From contig CAVXWP010000016.1 in NCBI GenBank assembly GCA_963765495.1, forward strand, positions 320,001 to 384,000: a stretch of DNA of 64,000 nucleotides, given 5' to 3'. The stretch is from Blastocatellia bacterium (GTDB lineage Bacteria; Acidobacteriota; Blastocatellia; UBA7656). Below the pieces are notes generated by a model. The model saw nothing but the letters and a program-made list of their open reading frames with translations. It was not told the origin of the DNA and searched no databases. The translations under genes and the position numbers were made by a program. Shown here in pieces: positions 52,001 through 62,911 of this stretch. The stretch's first letter is position 1. Every line of letters begins with the position of its first letter.

Positions 52001-54264
52001 AGGCAAAGCAAACCGCTCGCTATTGGCTTGAGGAGATTGATCTCAAGGGGCGTAGCATCTGGCACGGCCCAGCAATTGTCAAATCCTCGACCGGCAAAAT
52101 CTCAGCCCGTGAGCAGAGAGAGGCTACGATGTTGAGCATGCTGGGTCGTGATAATATTCAGGAAAGCCCGGCGCAGCCTCTAGAACGTAGAGCTGTTTTG
52201 CCCCAAGCCTCAGCCGCTTTTCTTCAAGGTCCGAACAGCCTGGCCAATCTACCTGCTTTGAAGATTTCGATTAAACAGGAGGGTTGGTATCGCATCACAC
52301 GCTCCGAGCTTCTTGAAGCCGGTCTCGACCCCCGAGCTGAGTGGAATAACCTTCAGATGTACGTCGACGGGCGAGAAATTCCTATCTCTTTAGGAAGCAG
52401 CGGCGTCGGAAAATCGGGATCAACAACAGCAATTGAGTTTTATGCCGTTGGGCTTGATTCGGCTTCAACCGATGTCCGCACCTACTGGCTCGTCGCAGGT
52501 CAGCAGCCGGGTTTGCGCATCCCGAGATTGCAGGGTAAAACAGGCCCGTCCGCATCAACCAGCTTCCCTTTCACAGTCGAGAAACGAGATCGTACGATCT
52601 ATTTCTCCTCTCTAAGAAACGGGGATAAGGAGAACTTTTTCGGAGCAGTCATTGGAACAGAGCCTGTTGATCAGGTGGTGAGATTGCAGCATCCTGATCA
52701 GACCCAGCCCGGAAATGCCACTTTGGAAATTGCGCTTCAAGGCGTGACTCAGGTTGCCCATAGCGTAAGCGTACAACTCAACGGCTCGGATGTGGGACTT
52801 GTCTCCTTTAATGATCAAACAGAAGGCGTAGCACGCCTGATCATTCCACAATCCCTGCTTGTCGAAGGTGATAATCAGATCAGGTTGGCCTCGCAAGGCG
52901 GAGACGTCGATGTCAGCCTTGTTGATTATCTTCGAATCACCTATCAACATACATTCGCTGTCGACGGCGATGCCTTGCGAATAACTGCTCCAACCAATCG
53001 GAGTCTCACCGTTGAAGGATTCAGTAATTCACAAATTCGAGTAATAGATATTACTAATTCTGATTCGGTGCAGGAGATCGCGGGAACGGTGAAAGCGATG
53101 AAGAATGGCTATGCATATACATTTACGGTTCCGGGTTCGGAGACGAGAAATCTTTTAGCCTTTGATTCGGGGCACGTAAAATCTCCGGCTGCCGTCCGGG
53201 CCAACACCCCGTCAAACTGGCGGCGGTCTGGACTTGGAGCGAATCTGGTTATCATAGCCCATAGCAACCTTTTGGGCGGCGCTCAACTCCTTAAAGAATA
53301 CAGAGAGAATCAGGGATTATCTGTTGCGCTCGTTGATGTCGAAGACATTTATGATGAGTTCAGCTTCGGCCACAAGAATCCACTTGCCATCAGAGACTTT
53401 CTGTCGTTTGCCAAATCCAATTGGAGACCTGGACCTGGTTTCGTTTTGTTCTTCGGAGATGCCAGCCTCGATCCTAAGAACTATCTGGGCAGAGGAGACT
53501 TCGACCTTGTGCCCACAAAACTGCTTGATACGCAGTTTATGGAGACTGCCTCTGATGATTGGCTTGCTGATTTTGGATCTGCCGGTTTAGCAAGTATGTC
53601 GGTAGGGCGTCTTCCTGTTCGCGCCGATGACGAGGGACGGAGGATGATTTCGAAAATCATCGGCTATGAACAGAACTCAGGAGATGGCGGTGTTTTGCTT
53701 GTGTCGGACATTAGCGACGGATTCAATTTTGAAGCGGCAAGCGATAGATTAAAAGAGATCATCCCCTCTGAGGTGAAGGTAGAAGAAATCTTTCGAGGCA
53801 GGACCGACGATGCTTCGGCCAGGAAAGCCCTTCTTGATAGCCTGAGTCGAGGGCAAAAAATCGTGAATTATTCCGGGCACGGTTCGTTAAACACCTGGAG
53901 AGGGAATCTTCTTAATTCTGCTGATGCGCTGGAACTTACCAACGGAGATCATCTTCCTTTATTTGTGATGATGACCTGCCTGAACGGCTATTTTCAGGAT
54001 TACGCGTTAGACAGCCTTGGGGAATCCTTGATGAAGGCTGAGCAGGGGGGGGCTGTTGCCGTCTGGGCCTCATCGGGACTGACTATCCCATCGGGACAAT
54101 TCATTCTGGACCAGGAAGTTTTCAGATTGCTTTTTGATGGACAAGGCTCTGAGCCAATGACGATTGGAGAGATAACATCACGGGCTAAAACAACAGTTAC
54201 TGACCTGGATGTTCGTCGAACTTGGATACTCCTCGGCGATCCGACCACGAGAATTATGCGGTGA
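49042..54264 (+). CDS. Secreted lamin-tail + OB + EEP nuclease (ExeM/NucH-like) + Ig-like + C25 peptidase multidomain protein
   Basis: IVISQIYGGGGN/FIELFN (LTD); IHDIQG; TFNVENL, NHFNSK, GDLND, LDHIL, SDHDP (EEP); PTAIELTDFSA; IYDEF, VGRLPV, YSGHG, MTCLNG, LLGDP (C25). Confidence 0.9.
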   Translation: MNTTRYTSSTRRVRLSVIITMILALSFAAYQIVSPPSVEGISSTIVISQIYGGGGNAGATYTNDFIELFNRGASAVSVAGWTVQYASATGTTWQTTALSGSIPPGGYYLVQEAQGAGGTTPLPTPDATGSIPMSATAGKVALVNTTTALSGSCPTGASIIDFVGFGSTANCSEGSPTATLSNTTAALRNMNGCTDTDSNSSDFTTGAPAPRNSASPTNSCGGSTNPSGTGAANPSGVTPGAMTLLTVTVTPGTNPPSTGLAVTGDLTSIGGSASQMFFDDGSNGDATPGDNIFSFQATVAMATTPGMKSLPVTITDAEMRMGSTSISLSVVSPGGTRIHDIQGASHISPLANTSVSGVPGIVTALLSNGFYMQDPMPDANDATSEAIFVFTSSAPTVSVGDSVLVSGTISEFRAGGSSGLTNLTTTEISGSPTVAIQSTGNPLPPPIVIGTGGRIPPSTIIEDDASGDVETGGVFDPASDGIDFYESLEAMRVQVNNPVVVGPSVSFGEIPVVGDDGANASVRTTRGGVVIRSSDFNPERIILDDTILSTPSVNVGDHFSGPAIGVMDYSFGNFKLNITSPISAVSGGLAQEITNTPNSNQLTIATFNVENLDPGDGATKFNTIASEVVNNLKSPDLITVEEVQDNNGATNDGTVDATVTINTLISAIQTAGGPTYQFRQINPVNNQDGGEPGGNIRVVFLFRTDRGLSFIDRPGGDSTTATTVVSGMMGPELSFSPGRVDPNNAAWSASRKPLAGEFTFNGRKIFVIGNHFNSKGGDDPLFGHIQPPVLSSEVKRLQQAQIVHDFVNSILALDSNASVVVLGDLNDFEFSNPLTTLKGTILHALVESLPQSERYSYVFDGNSQELDHILASDGLVTNTPFEYDVVHLHSEFAVRVSDHDPSLVRFTFTPTAIELTDFSATDMGGQILLQWQTGMEIDNLGFNVYREEAGSRVRITPQILAGSALVAGPGTALTAGRSYSWWDVSAQAKQTARYWLEEIDLKGRSIWHGPAIVKSSTGKISAREQREATMLSMLGRDNIQESPAQPLERRAVLPQASAAFLQGPNSLANLPALKISIKQEGWYRITRSELLEAGLDPRAEWNNLQMYVDGREIPISLGSSGVGKSGSTTAIEFYAVGLDSASTDVRTYWLVAGQQPGLRIPRLQGKTGPSASTSFPFTVEKRDRTIYFSSLRNGDKENFFGAVIGTEPVDQVVRLQHPDQTQPGNATLEIALQGVTQVAHSVSVQLNGSDVGLVSFNDQTEGVARLIIPQSLLVEGDNQIRLASQGGDVDVSLVDYLRITYQHTFAVDGDALRITAPTNRSLTVEGFSNSQIRVIDITNSDSVQEIAGTVKAMKNGYAYTFTVPGSETRNLLAFDSGHVKSPAAVRANTPSNWRRSGLGANLVIIAHSNLLGGAQLLKEYRENQGLSVALVDVEDIYDEFSFGHKNPLAIRDFLSFAKSNWRPGPGFVLFFGDASLDPKNYLGRGDFDLVPTKLLDTQFMETASDDWLADFGSAGLASMSVGRLPVRADDEGRRMISKIIGYEQNSGDGGVLLVSDISDGFNFEAASDRLKEIIPSEVKVEEIFRGRTDDASARKALLDSLSRGQKIVNYSGHGSLNTWRGNLLNSADALELTNGDHLPLFVMMTCLNGYFQDYALDSLGESLMKAEQGGAVAVWASSGLTIPSGQFILDQEVFRLLFDGQGSEPMTIGEITSRAKTTVTDLDVRRTWILLGDPTTRIMR

Positions 54265-54403
54265 TTATCGACTATATTTGAATTGTTTACGGCGGTGGCA
54301 AGTTGTGGTAGCTCCACAGTAAAACGTGGAGATGTGGGTTTTGCATAAAACGAGGGTCCAAAGATAATCCTTTTTGATCATATAAACGGAAAGGAGTATT
54401 GCT

Positions 54404-55749
54404 TTGGACCCGCTGAGTGTATTTTGTCAGCGATTCCCGGTTAGACCGGAATTGAAGCGAACAAAGGAGATTAGAAATCGTGAAATTGCGTTGTAATTAA
54501 GGCAATCACAGCACTTAGCGCAAAACACCGATTACATCTATCCGATTTTGCTATAACTGTTGGTACAACAGAATTTACTTTCGCAATTATCTTTTTCGCT
54601 TCCTCTTTTGATTTCATCAACTTACAGCCTGACCGGGAATTGCTGGTATTTTGTCCGAATATGAGTTGTCCGGCCAGAGGCAAAACCAACGAAGGTAACA
54701 TCGGCGTCCACTCGCTTAAACAACGCCGCTACAAGTGCTCTCTGTGCCAAAAGACCTTTGCCCAAACCAAAGGCACGCCTTTTTATCGCCTGCACCACGC
54801 GCCAGAGTTGGTTACCAGAGTCGTCACCTTGCTGGCTTTTGGTTGCCCGCCGCAAGCCATTGTCGCCGCTTTCGACCTTGATGAGCGTACCGTCGCCAGT
54901 TGGCGAGATCGCGCCGCTGCGCATGGCCAGGCGATTCAGCAGCAGTTGGTCGAGGTGCCGCGTGATCTCGGCCAGGTGCAGATGGATGAAATCAGAGTCA
55001 AACAACAAGGTCGCATCAGTTGGATGGCCTTGGCCCTGATGGTAAGTACCCGGCTGTGGTTGGGCGGCGCCGTCAGCCTCAGTCGCGATGCGACATTGAT
55101 TACTCATTTGGTTGAGAAAGTCCGTGCTTGTGCAAGCGCCTTGTCTACGGGTTTGTTGTTTTGCACGGATGGCTTGAAGAGCTATATTAGCGCCATTCGC
55201 TCGGTTTTTCGGGAAGGGGTGCCGACCGGCGAGGTTGGGCGTCCTCGTCAACAAGCCTGGAAGAAGATATTCATGGCGCAGTCGGTCAAGCAATACGAGC
55301 AAGGACGGATGACCGGCATTGATCGCCGCATCATGGCCGGTGAGGAAACCGACATTGAGCAAATGCTTGAGCGGACGCAAGGCGGCGGGGTGATCAATAC
55401 GGCGTTCATCGAACGGTTGAATGCGACCTTTCGGCAATCTCTGTCGACGCTGGTGAGGCGGGGACGCGGCTTGGCGCGGCAAAGCCGTACACTGGAAATG
55501 GGGATGTATCTGGTGGGAGTGATCTACAACTTCTGCTGTGAGCATGAAAGCCTGCGACTGCCGGGATTGGTCGGCGGGCACAAATGGCTTGAGCGGACAC
55601 CGGCGATGGCCGCCGGTATCACAGATCATTGTTGGAGCGTCAGGGAATTGTTGTCGTATCACGTCGCGCCATCTCCATGGCAGCCGCCCAAGCGCCGAGG
55701 ACGAGTTTCTACAGCCACCAAACAACTGATCGCGAGGTGGTGTCAATGA
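54404..55749 (+). CDS. IS1-like transposase (Zn ribbon, HTH, DDE); 5' end interrupted by a MITE, ORF resumes at 54640
   Basis: MDPLSVFC|PNMSC...RYKCSLC, QMDE, CTDG, TAFIERLNATFR, RTPAMAAG. Confidence 0.8.
54428..54645. mobile_element. 218-bp MITE nested in the IS1 transposase gene
   Basis: 17-bp TIRs CAGC(G/A)ATTCCCGGT(T/C)AG; 9-bp TSD GTATTTTGT at 54419-54427 and 54646-54654. Confidence 0.9.
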
Positions 55750-55812
55750 CCACCTTTAACTGCGGAGCTACCGCAAGTTGTCACCGCCCTTTTTTATCTC
55801 TATTTTGAGGCT

Positions 55813-56682
55813 TTATTCGCCCTTTGTTTGAATCAGGAGATCAAATAGGCGGGTTAAATCATCTGTTGATGAGAATTTGATCTCAAGGACACCGCCCTTT
55901 TTCAATGTTTTTATTTTGACCGGAGCATTAAGCCTCTTACTCAATCTCAATTCTGCCGCACGTATATTCGCGCCCTCTCCTTCCAATTCATTTGGGGCAA
56001 GCGTAGCTCTATGTTTCTCAAGTGATATAGCCTGACCGTCTTTTACCAACCTCTCAGTCTCTCTTACAGAAAGCGATTTGCTTATTATTTCAGTGGCAAG
56101 GCTTTTTTGCTTTTCGATGGAATCAATTGATAGTAAAGCTCGTGCATGCCCCATTGAGAGTTGTTCCGTTTCCACTAAATCTTTGATCTCAGAAGGGAGT
56201 CGGAGCAGTCTCAATGAATTCGTAATCGTCGATCTATTCTTGCCAACCCTGCGTGCTAGTTCCTCCTGGGACACATTTATTTGCTCTAATAGTCTCTGAT
56301 ACGCATTTGCCTCTTCGATTGGGTTTAGTTCTTCCCTTTGAATATTCTCAATTAATGAGAGCTCTAATACCTGTTCCTCTGGTATATCCTTTACTATGCA
56401 GGGAATTTTTTGCAATTCCGCTTTTTGAGCCGCCCTCCAACGACGTTCTCCCGCAACTATCTGGAAGCGATCCCCGCTCCTCCTCACAACAATCGGCTGT
56501 ATTAAACCGTTTGCTCTTATGGATTGAGCTAATTCCTCTAGTTTTTCTTCGTCAAAATGCTGTCTTGGCTGAGCGTTTGTAGGATCAATTACATTTATAC
56601 TTAGTGATATAAGATCCTCCTCCAGCGGGCTTGTTTGGGTAAAGAGGGCGCTAAGCCCCCTCCCCAGTGCCTTTCTTGACAT
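55813..56682 (-). CDS. parB: Chromosome partitioning protein ParB
   Basis: ALGRGLSAL, QPR, IVAGERRWRAA, ENIQREELNPIEEA, GHARALL. Confidence 0.97.
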   Translation of the reverse strand: MSRKALGRGLSALFTQTSPLEEDLISLSINVIDPTNAQPRQHFDEEKLEELAQSIRANGLIQPIVVRRSGDRFQIVAGERRWRAAQKAELQKIPCIVKDIPEEQVLELSLIENIQREELNPIEEANAYQRLLEQINVSQEELARRVGKNRSTITNSLRLLRLPSEIKDLVETEQLSMGHARALLSIDSIEKQKSLATEIISKSLSVRETERLVKDGQAISLEKHRATLAPNELEGEGANIRAAELRLSKRLNAPVKIKTLKKGGVLEIKFSSTDDLTRLFDLLIQTKGE

Positions 56683-57433
56683 TGTTTATGACCTCCCTGG
56701 CCAGTCTGAGATAACTCTCAGCCCCCTTTGATTTTATATCATATAGGAGGATCGGTTTCCCATGGCTCGGTGCCTCAGCCAATCTTACATTCCTCGGTAT
56801 TATTGTCGAGAAAACTTGGGAACCCAAGAAATCCCTTAAGTCTGAAACCACTTGATTAGATAGGTTTGTCCTTTCGTCAAACATAGTCAGGAGAAACCCT
56901 TCTATCGTAAGACTCTGATTCAGAGTCCTTCTAATTCTGACCAGGGTATCCCATAATTCCGATACGCCTTCTAGTGCAAAATACTCACATTGTATTGGGA
57001 TTAGAACCGAATTTGCCGCAGCTAATGCATTCAATGTTAGCAATCCCAGGCTTGGTGGACAATCTATCAGCACATAATCAAAATTTGATGAATAGTTCTC
57101 CAATTGTCCCTTCAGCTTGAATTCTCTCTGCTCAACATCTACCAGTTCAATCTCCGCACCAACGAGGATTTTTTCGGAGGGGACAACCTTTAGATTTGGT
57201 AATTCAGTGTTTAGAGCTATTCGTTCTATAGGATCATTTAATACTAATGAATGATATAAACTCTTATGAAATGAGCCTCGAAGACCCATTCCGCTTGTGC
57301 TATTTCCTTGTGGATCAGCATCAATTATCAAGACCTTCATATCCGCAACGGCCAGGCTTGCGCCTAGATTTATAGTTGTCGTTGTTTTACCTACTCCCCC
57401 TTTTTGATTCGTTATCGCTATTATTCTTGCCAT
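56651..57433 (-). CDS. parA: Chromosome partitioning ATPase ParA/Soj
   Basis: NQKGGVGKTT, DPQGN, DCPPSLG, RNVRLAEAPSHG. Confidence 0.97.
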   Translation of the reverse strand: MARIIAITNQKGGVGKTTTTINLGASLAVADMKVLIIDADPQGNSTSGMGLRGSFHKSLYHSLVLNDPIERIALNTELPNLKVVPSEKILVGAEIELVDVEQREFKLKGQLENYSSNFDYVLIDCPPSLGLLTLNALAAANSVLIPIQCEYFALEGVSELWDTLVRIRRTLNQSLTIEGFLLTMFDERTNLSNQVVSDLRDFLGSQVFSTIIPRNVRLAEAPSHGKPILLYDIKSKGAESYLRLAREVINNVKKGTGEGA

Positions 57434-57538
57434 GGTTTCCTACAATATCACAGAATTCTAATCGCGTAACTCCTAAAATCTCCCATCTTCACATGGACTC
57501 TATTTTTTCTTCTTGGTCTTTGAGCATTTCATTTTTAT

Positions 57539-57554
57539 TGTTCCACGTGAAACT
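57539..57554. promoter_or_regulatory. parS site
   Basis: TGTTCCACGTGAAACT vs consensus TGTTTCACGTGAAACA; about 100 bp upstream of parA. Confidence 0.85.
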
Positions 57555-57733
57555 TTTCAGAGACCTTGTCCTGAAAACAAATAGTGTAAATCATAGCTTG
57601 AAATAAACTGAAGCTTGTGCAAATTAAAGTTCTTTGTTTTCAGCACTTTCATTAGATGATCCGATAAATAAAAAATAAAGCGTGCTTGGGCGGCCCACCG
57701 TCAGATGGGCACACTTCACCCTTTGCAGTCTGC

Positions 57734-58619
57734 TTACATAAGGATTCGGTTGAGATGTACCAATCCGACTACTGCCGACGCTACCATCGGGAACAACCCC
57801 ATTGCCAGCCGATACTTCTCTCTCATGATCTTGAATCCTTTCACTCTTCTTATGCCGTGTTCTACATGTACCCTCACTCGCGCCTTCGCTCGATTCTCCT
57901 CTCGCTCATCATCACTTAGCTCACCTCCTTTCGGCTTCTTGTGTGGTACTTCGATTCCCTCTGTGCCCTGATATCCCAAATCCCCTTGCTTGCTCGCTTC
58001 TCGATATTTCTCCCCCACTCCACTGGCTTCATATACTCGCTTATCCGATGCTGGCCCGCGATGCCCTCCTCTGATACCCAGCACTTCTCCCTTTCGATCA
58101 CTCTCTACTTGGCTCTTGAGCGTGTGGCATTTCTTTTTACCAGAATATACCCGTTTTTGACGTTCATAATTGGAGGGACGGGGTATTGGCGTCTCAAAAC
58201 TGTCGATGAGAATTCGGTCAATCTCTTGGATTTTGAGGCTCGGTTCCTGACCTCGAAACCTCTTCTGTGCCTCAAAGCGATTGGAGGGAAAGAGTTCTCT
58301 GAGCAAGGGGACAATCTCGTGAAAGAGATTCTCGGAGGTGTCGGCGCTAACACCAAACAACGCTGCGACAACGCGCGTGAGCGAGGTTGTGACGCAGGTA
58401 GATGAGAACGAGCAAGACCTCCTGAGAAGGAGTGAGTTTGGGTTTTCTACCGCCACCGAGAGCGCGTTTGCGATCAGGGCGAAGAAGTTTGGCCTGTTGA
58501 CGGAGATGAACCAAGACCGGCACGGTAGTAGACAACAATTGTTGAAGGGCGTTTGTCGTCATGCGGGTCAAGGCGCGGAGTCTTGCAGGTTTGAGATTGT
58601 TGATTTGTTCGATTGTCAT
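57734..58619 (-). pseudogene. IS5/ISL2-like transposase (HTH + DDE) with a frameshift near 58374
   Basis: GGGRKPKL..LIYLRHN/VVAALFGVS, IDSFE, YSGKKKCHTLK, GDLGYQG, RVHVEHGIRRVK; element ends not resolved. Confidence 0.8.
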
Positions 58620-58973
58620 GCGAATAGTTTACCAAAGTCCTTCTTATTCCTCGGATCATCTATTATTTACTGGCGAGCCTGAAAAATTATGCTTGAGCAC
58701 GACCAGAACTAAAGTTGGAATAACCCCCAAAAAGGGCCGTTTTTCAAGCCGCGATTTATGCACAGGCTTCATTTAATTGAGACGTGGTCATAATTTAAAG
58801 CCTTTATCTCTAGCAGTTAGAGGGCCTGACAAGACCGGCTGCAAGCTGTGTTAAATGATGTTACATCTGTAACTGTTGCATCTAGGCTCTTCTTGCCTCT
58901 GAATTATGACCAGTCCTCAATTAAATGGCCCTGAATAAGGCCAGAGAATTAAACAAAAAAATAGGGAACCACA

Positions 58974-59002
58974 TTGGCAAGAAAAGCCGGGTATGCTATG
59001 CT
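58974..59002 (+). promoter_or_regulatory. Putative sigma70 promoter of atpD
   Basis: TTGGCA-17bp-TATGCT with TGn extended -10. Confidence 0.5.
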
Positions 59003-59058
59003 CCTTCACTTCGGAAAGAACGAAAAGAATTGCAAAGAAAAACAGAGGCCAGAAATGA

Positions 59059-60567
<1,509 letters not shown>

Positions 60568-60623
60568 ATTGAGGTAATTGCAAGAAGTTACATATTCATT
60601 TGGTCAAGGTAGGGATTGAAGAT

Positions 60624-61043
60624 ATGGCTGAAACAATCATGCTGGAGGTAATAACACCAGAACGCAAAGTTTTGGAAATTGAGGTTGATAGAGTTGAGGT
60701 TCCCGGGTTCGATGGAGAACTGGGAATATTGCCTGGTCATACGGAACTCGTATCACAATTAAAGCCTGCGGGACTGCTAACTTACCATAATAAAGGTGAA
60801 AAACACGAACTGGCAATAAGCGATGGATTTCTGGAAGTCACACCAGACCGAGTAGTGATTCTAGCGAATAGGGCTGAGAAGCCAGAAGAGATTGATCTGG
60901 CACGTGCTCTGAGAAGCAAAGAAGAGGCTGAAAAGAGATTGAAACGCGCGTTGTCAGACCCGGAAGAGGATATGGCAAGCGCCACGGCCGAACTTGAGAC
61001 TGCATCTATAGAAGTACAATTGGCGGAGAAAGCTAGAAAATAA
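60624..61043 (+). CDS. atpC: F1 ATP synthase epsilon subunit
   Basis: LEVITPER, GELGILPGH, GFLEV, C-terminal helices. Confidence 0.95.
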   Translation: MAETIMLEVITPERKVLEIEVDRVEVPGFDGELGILPGHTELVSQLKPAGLLTYHNKGEKHELAISDGFLEVTPDRVVILANRAEKPEEIDLARALRSKEEAEKRLKRALSDPEEDMASATAELETASIEVQLAEKARK

Positions 61044-61248
61044 TCAGGGATCGGGTATAGCGATATTCTCTCATACAAGCAGGTGGTATAAATATATCTA
61101 AGTAAGCAATATTACTGAAAGATTCAATTGAATCTCCTATTAAAGATATGGTAATGTTGCCAGTCTTCGCAACGCGATATTTGGTGACGAGACTCAATGC
61201 CTAATTCAGGTCTATGATCTTTAATTACAACAACTTGGCGGCTTACAG

Positions 61249-62634
61249 ATGCAAATCGAACTGCTCTCAGCAATACTCTCTGCGATCTCCAAACGGGTGA
61301 ATCACCAGAGCTTTAACACCTGGTTTAAACCGATCTCGTTTGCGACAAAGGATGAAACAACCGTATACCTCAAAGTCCCAAACGAGATTTTCCGGGACTG
61401 GATTAGTAGCAACTATTTTGATGTTCTGGAGGAATCGCTTGAAGAACTGAAACTGGAAGGCTACAAGGTAAATTTCCTGGTAGAAGAAAAGCAGATTCAG
61501 AACCAGCCCAATGGCCACAAACCAGAAGGATTTGCTTCAAAACCAACAAGAACCATATCGGTTGGTCACGAGGTCTCAAATCTCGGCATTGCCAAGCTGA
61601 TTGAATTAGAACCTGTAGAACTACCATTAAACCCGAAATATACATTCAATACATTTGTCGTAGGGTCTTGCAACCAATTCGCGCACGCTGCGGCGCTAGC
61701 AGTCGTTGATATGCCCTCAAAAACCTACAACCCACTTTACATATATGGCGGGGTGGGGCTGGGCAAGACGCATTTGATGCATGCAATCGGGCATTCAATA
61801 AAGAGCCGTAACCTCAATTTACGCTTAACTTACATCTCGTCAGAAAAATTCATGAATGAATTGATCAACGCTATTCGTTATGACAAAACGATTACATTCA
61901 GAGACAAATATAGAAATATTGATGTTTTATTAATGGATGATATTCAGTTCCTCGCAGGAAAGGAGCGAACACAAGAAGAATTTTTCCATACCTTTAATGC
62001 ACTGTATGACGCACAAAAGCAGATAGTTATATCCAGCGATTGCCCTCCAAGGGAGATACCCACTCTGGAAGAGAGACTGCATTCCAGATTTGAATGGGGC
62101 TTGATTGCCGATATTCAGCCACCTGATCTGGAAACAAAGGTTGCAATCCTAAAAAGGAAGGCTGAGATAGAAAAGATCGACCTGCCTGATAATGTAGCCC
62201 TGTTTATCGCCAGCAAAATAAAATCAAACATCAGGGAATTAGAGGGGTCATTAGTAAGGCTTGTGGCTTACGCTTCGTTAAAGGGTCTGCCAATTGGCCT
62301 GGATCTGGCACAAGAGGTACTCAGAAACATTATCGACGAGGAAACCGATGGCATATCAATAGAATTGATACAGAAGACGGTTGCGGGCCATTATGGGCTA
62401 AAGATAGGTGACTTAAAATCTAAGAATAATTCCCGGAGCATAGCAGTTCCCAGACAGGTGGCGATGTATTTATGTAAGTCTCTTACAAAGGCAAGTCTCC
62501 CAGAGATTGGCCGCGAATTTGGCGGCAAGCATCATACAACCGTACTCCATAGCATTAACAAGATTACGCAGCTATATGATAAGGATGCGGTTTTCCACAG
62601 ACTTATCAACAGCCTAATTACTGATATAAAATGA
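61249..62634 (+). CDS. dnaA: Chromosomal replication initiator DnaA
   Basis: [48 protein letters not shown]. Confidence 0.99.
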   Translation: MQIELLSAILSAISKRVNHQSFNTWFKPISFATKDETTVYLKVPNEIFRDWISSNYFDVLEESLEELKLEGYKVNFLVEEKQIQNQPNGHKPEGFASKPTRTISVGHEVSNLGIAKLIELEPVELPLNPKYTFNTFVVGSCNQFAHAAALAVVDMPSKTYNPLYIYGGVGLGKTHLMHAIGHSIKSRNLNLRLTYISSEKFMNELINAIRYDKTITFRDKYRNIDVLLMDDIQFLAGKERTQEEFFHTFNALYDAQKQIVISSDCPPREIPTLEERLHSRFEWGLIADIQPPDLETKVAILKRKAEIEKIDLPDNVALFIASKIKSNIRELEGSLVRLVAYASLKGLPIGLDLAQEVLRNIIDEETDGISIELIQKTVAGHYGLKIGDLKSKNNSRSIAVPRQVAMYLCKSLTKASLPEIGREFGGKHHTTVLHSINKITQLYDKDAVFHRLINSLITDIK

Positions 62635-62880
62635 CTTACTTACTTTTTCCACAAATACCCTCTGTGGACCCTATGTGGAACCTGTTGAAAAGTGCTGGAC
62701 TTACAAAAAGGTTCCACAGGGAGTGCGAGTTTCTCACAGTTTTTCCACAGATTTTTACACAGCCTAAAATAGTTATTAACCTTTATAAATCAATGAGATA
62801 GGTATATGGGTCCACTTTTCCACAGGCACTACTACTACTACTATATCAATCTAGTGTTTAAAATTTAGAATAAATAGTAA
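62591..62880. other. oriC: DnaA-box cluster, DnaA-trios and AT-rich unwinding region
   Basis: TTTTCCACA at 62591, 62645, 62741, 62816; TTATCAACA at 62603; further degenerate boxes; (ACT)x5 at 62828-62842 just after the last box; AT-rich stretch follows. Confidence 0.9.
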
Positions 62881-62911
62881 AAAGACAAAAAGAATGAGGT
62901 GAGGTAAGAAG

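Larger units (their letters stand above)
54307..55772 (+). mobile_element. IS1-family insertion sequence with 9-bp target duplication
   Basis: TIRs GGTAGCTCC(A/G)CAGT(A/T)AAA; direct repeat GCAAGTTGT at 54298-54306 and 55773-55781. Confidence 0.9.

Noticed and set aside
54471-54701. 76-aa minus-strand ORF as an IS passenger gene
   Set aside because: It crosses the MITE boundary into the antisense of the transposase and has no motif support.
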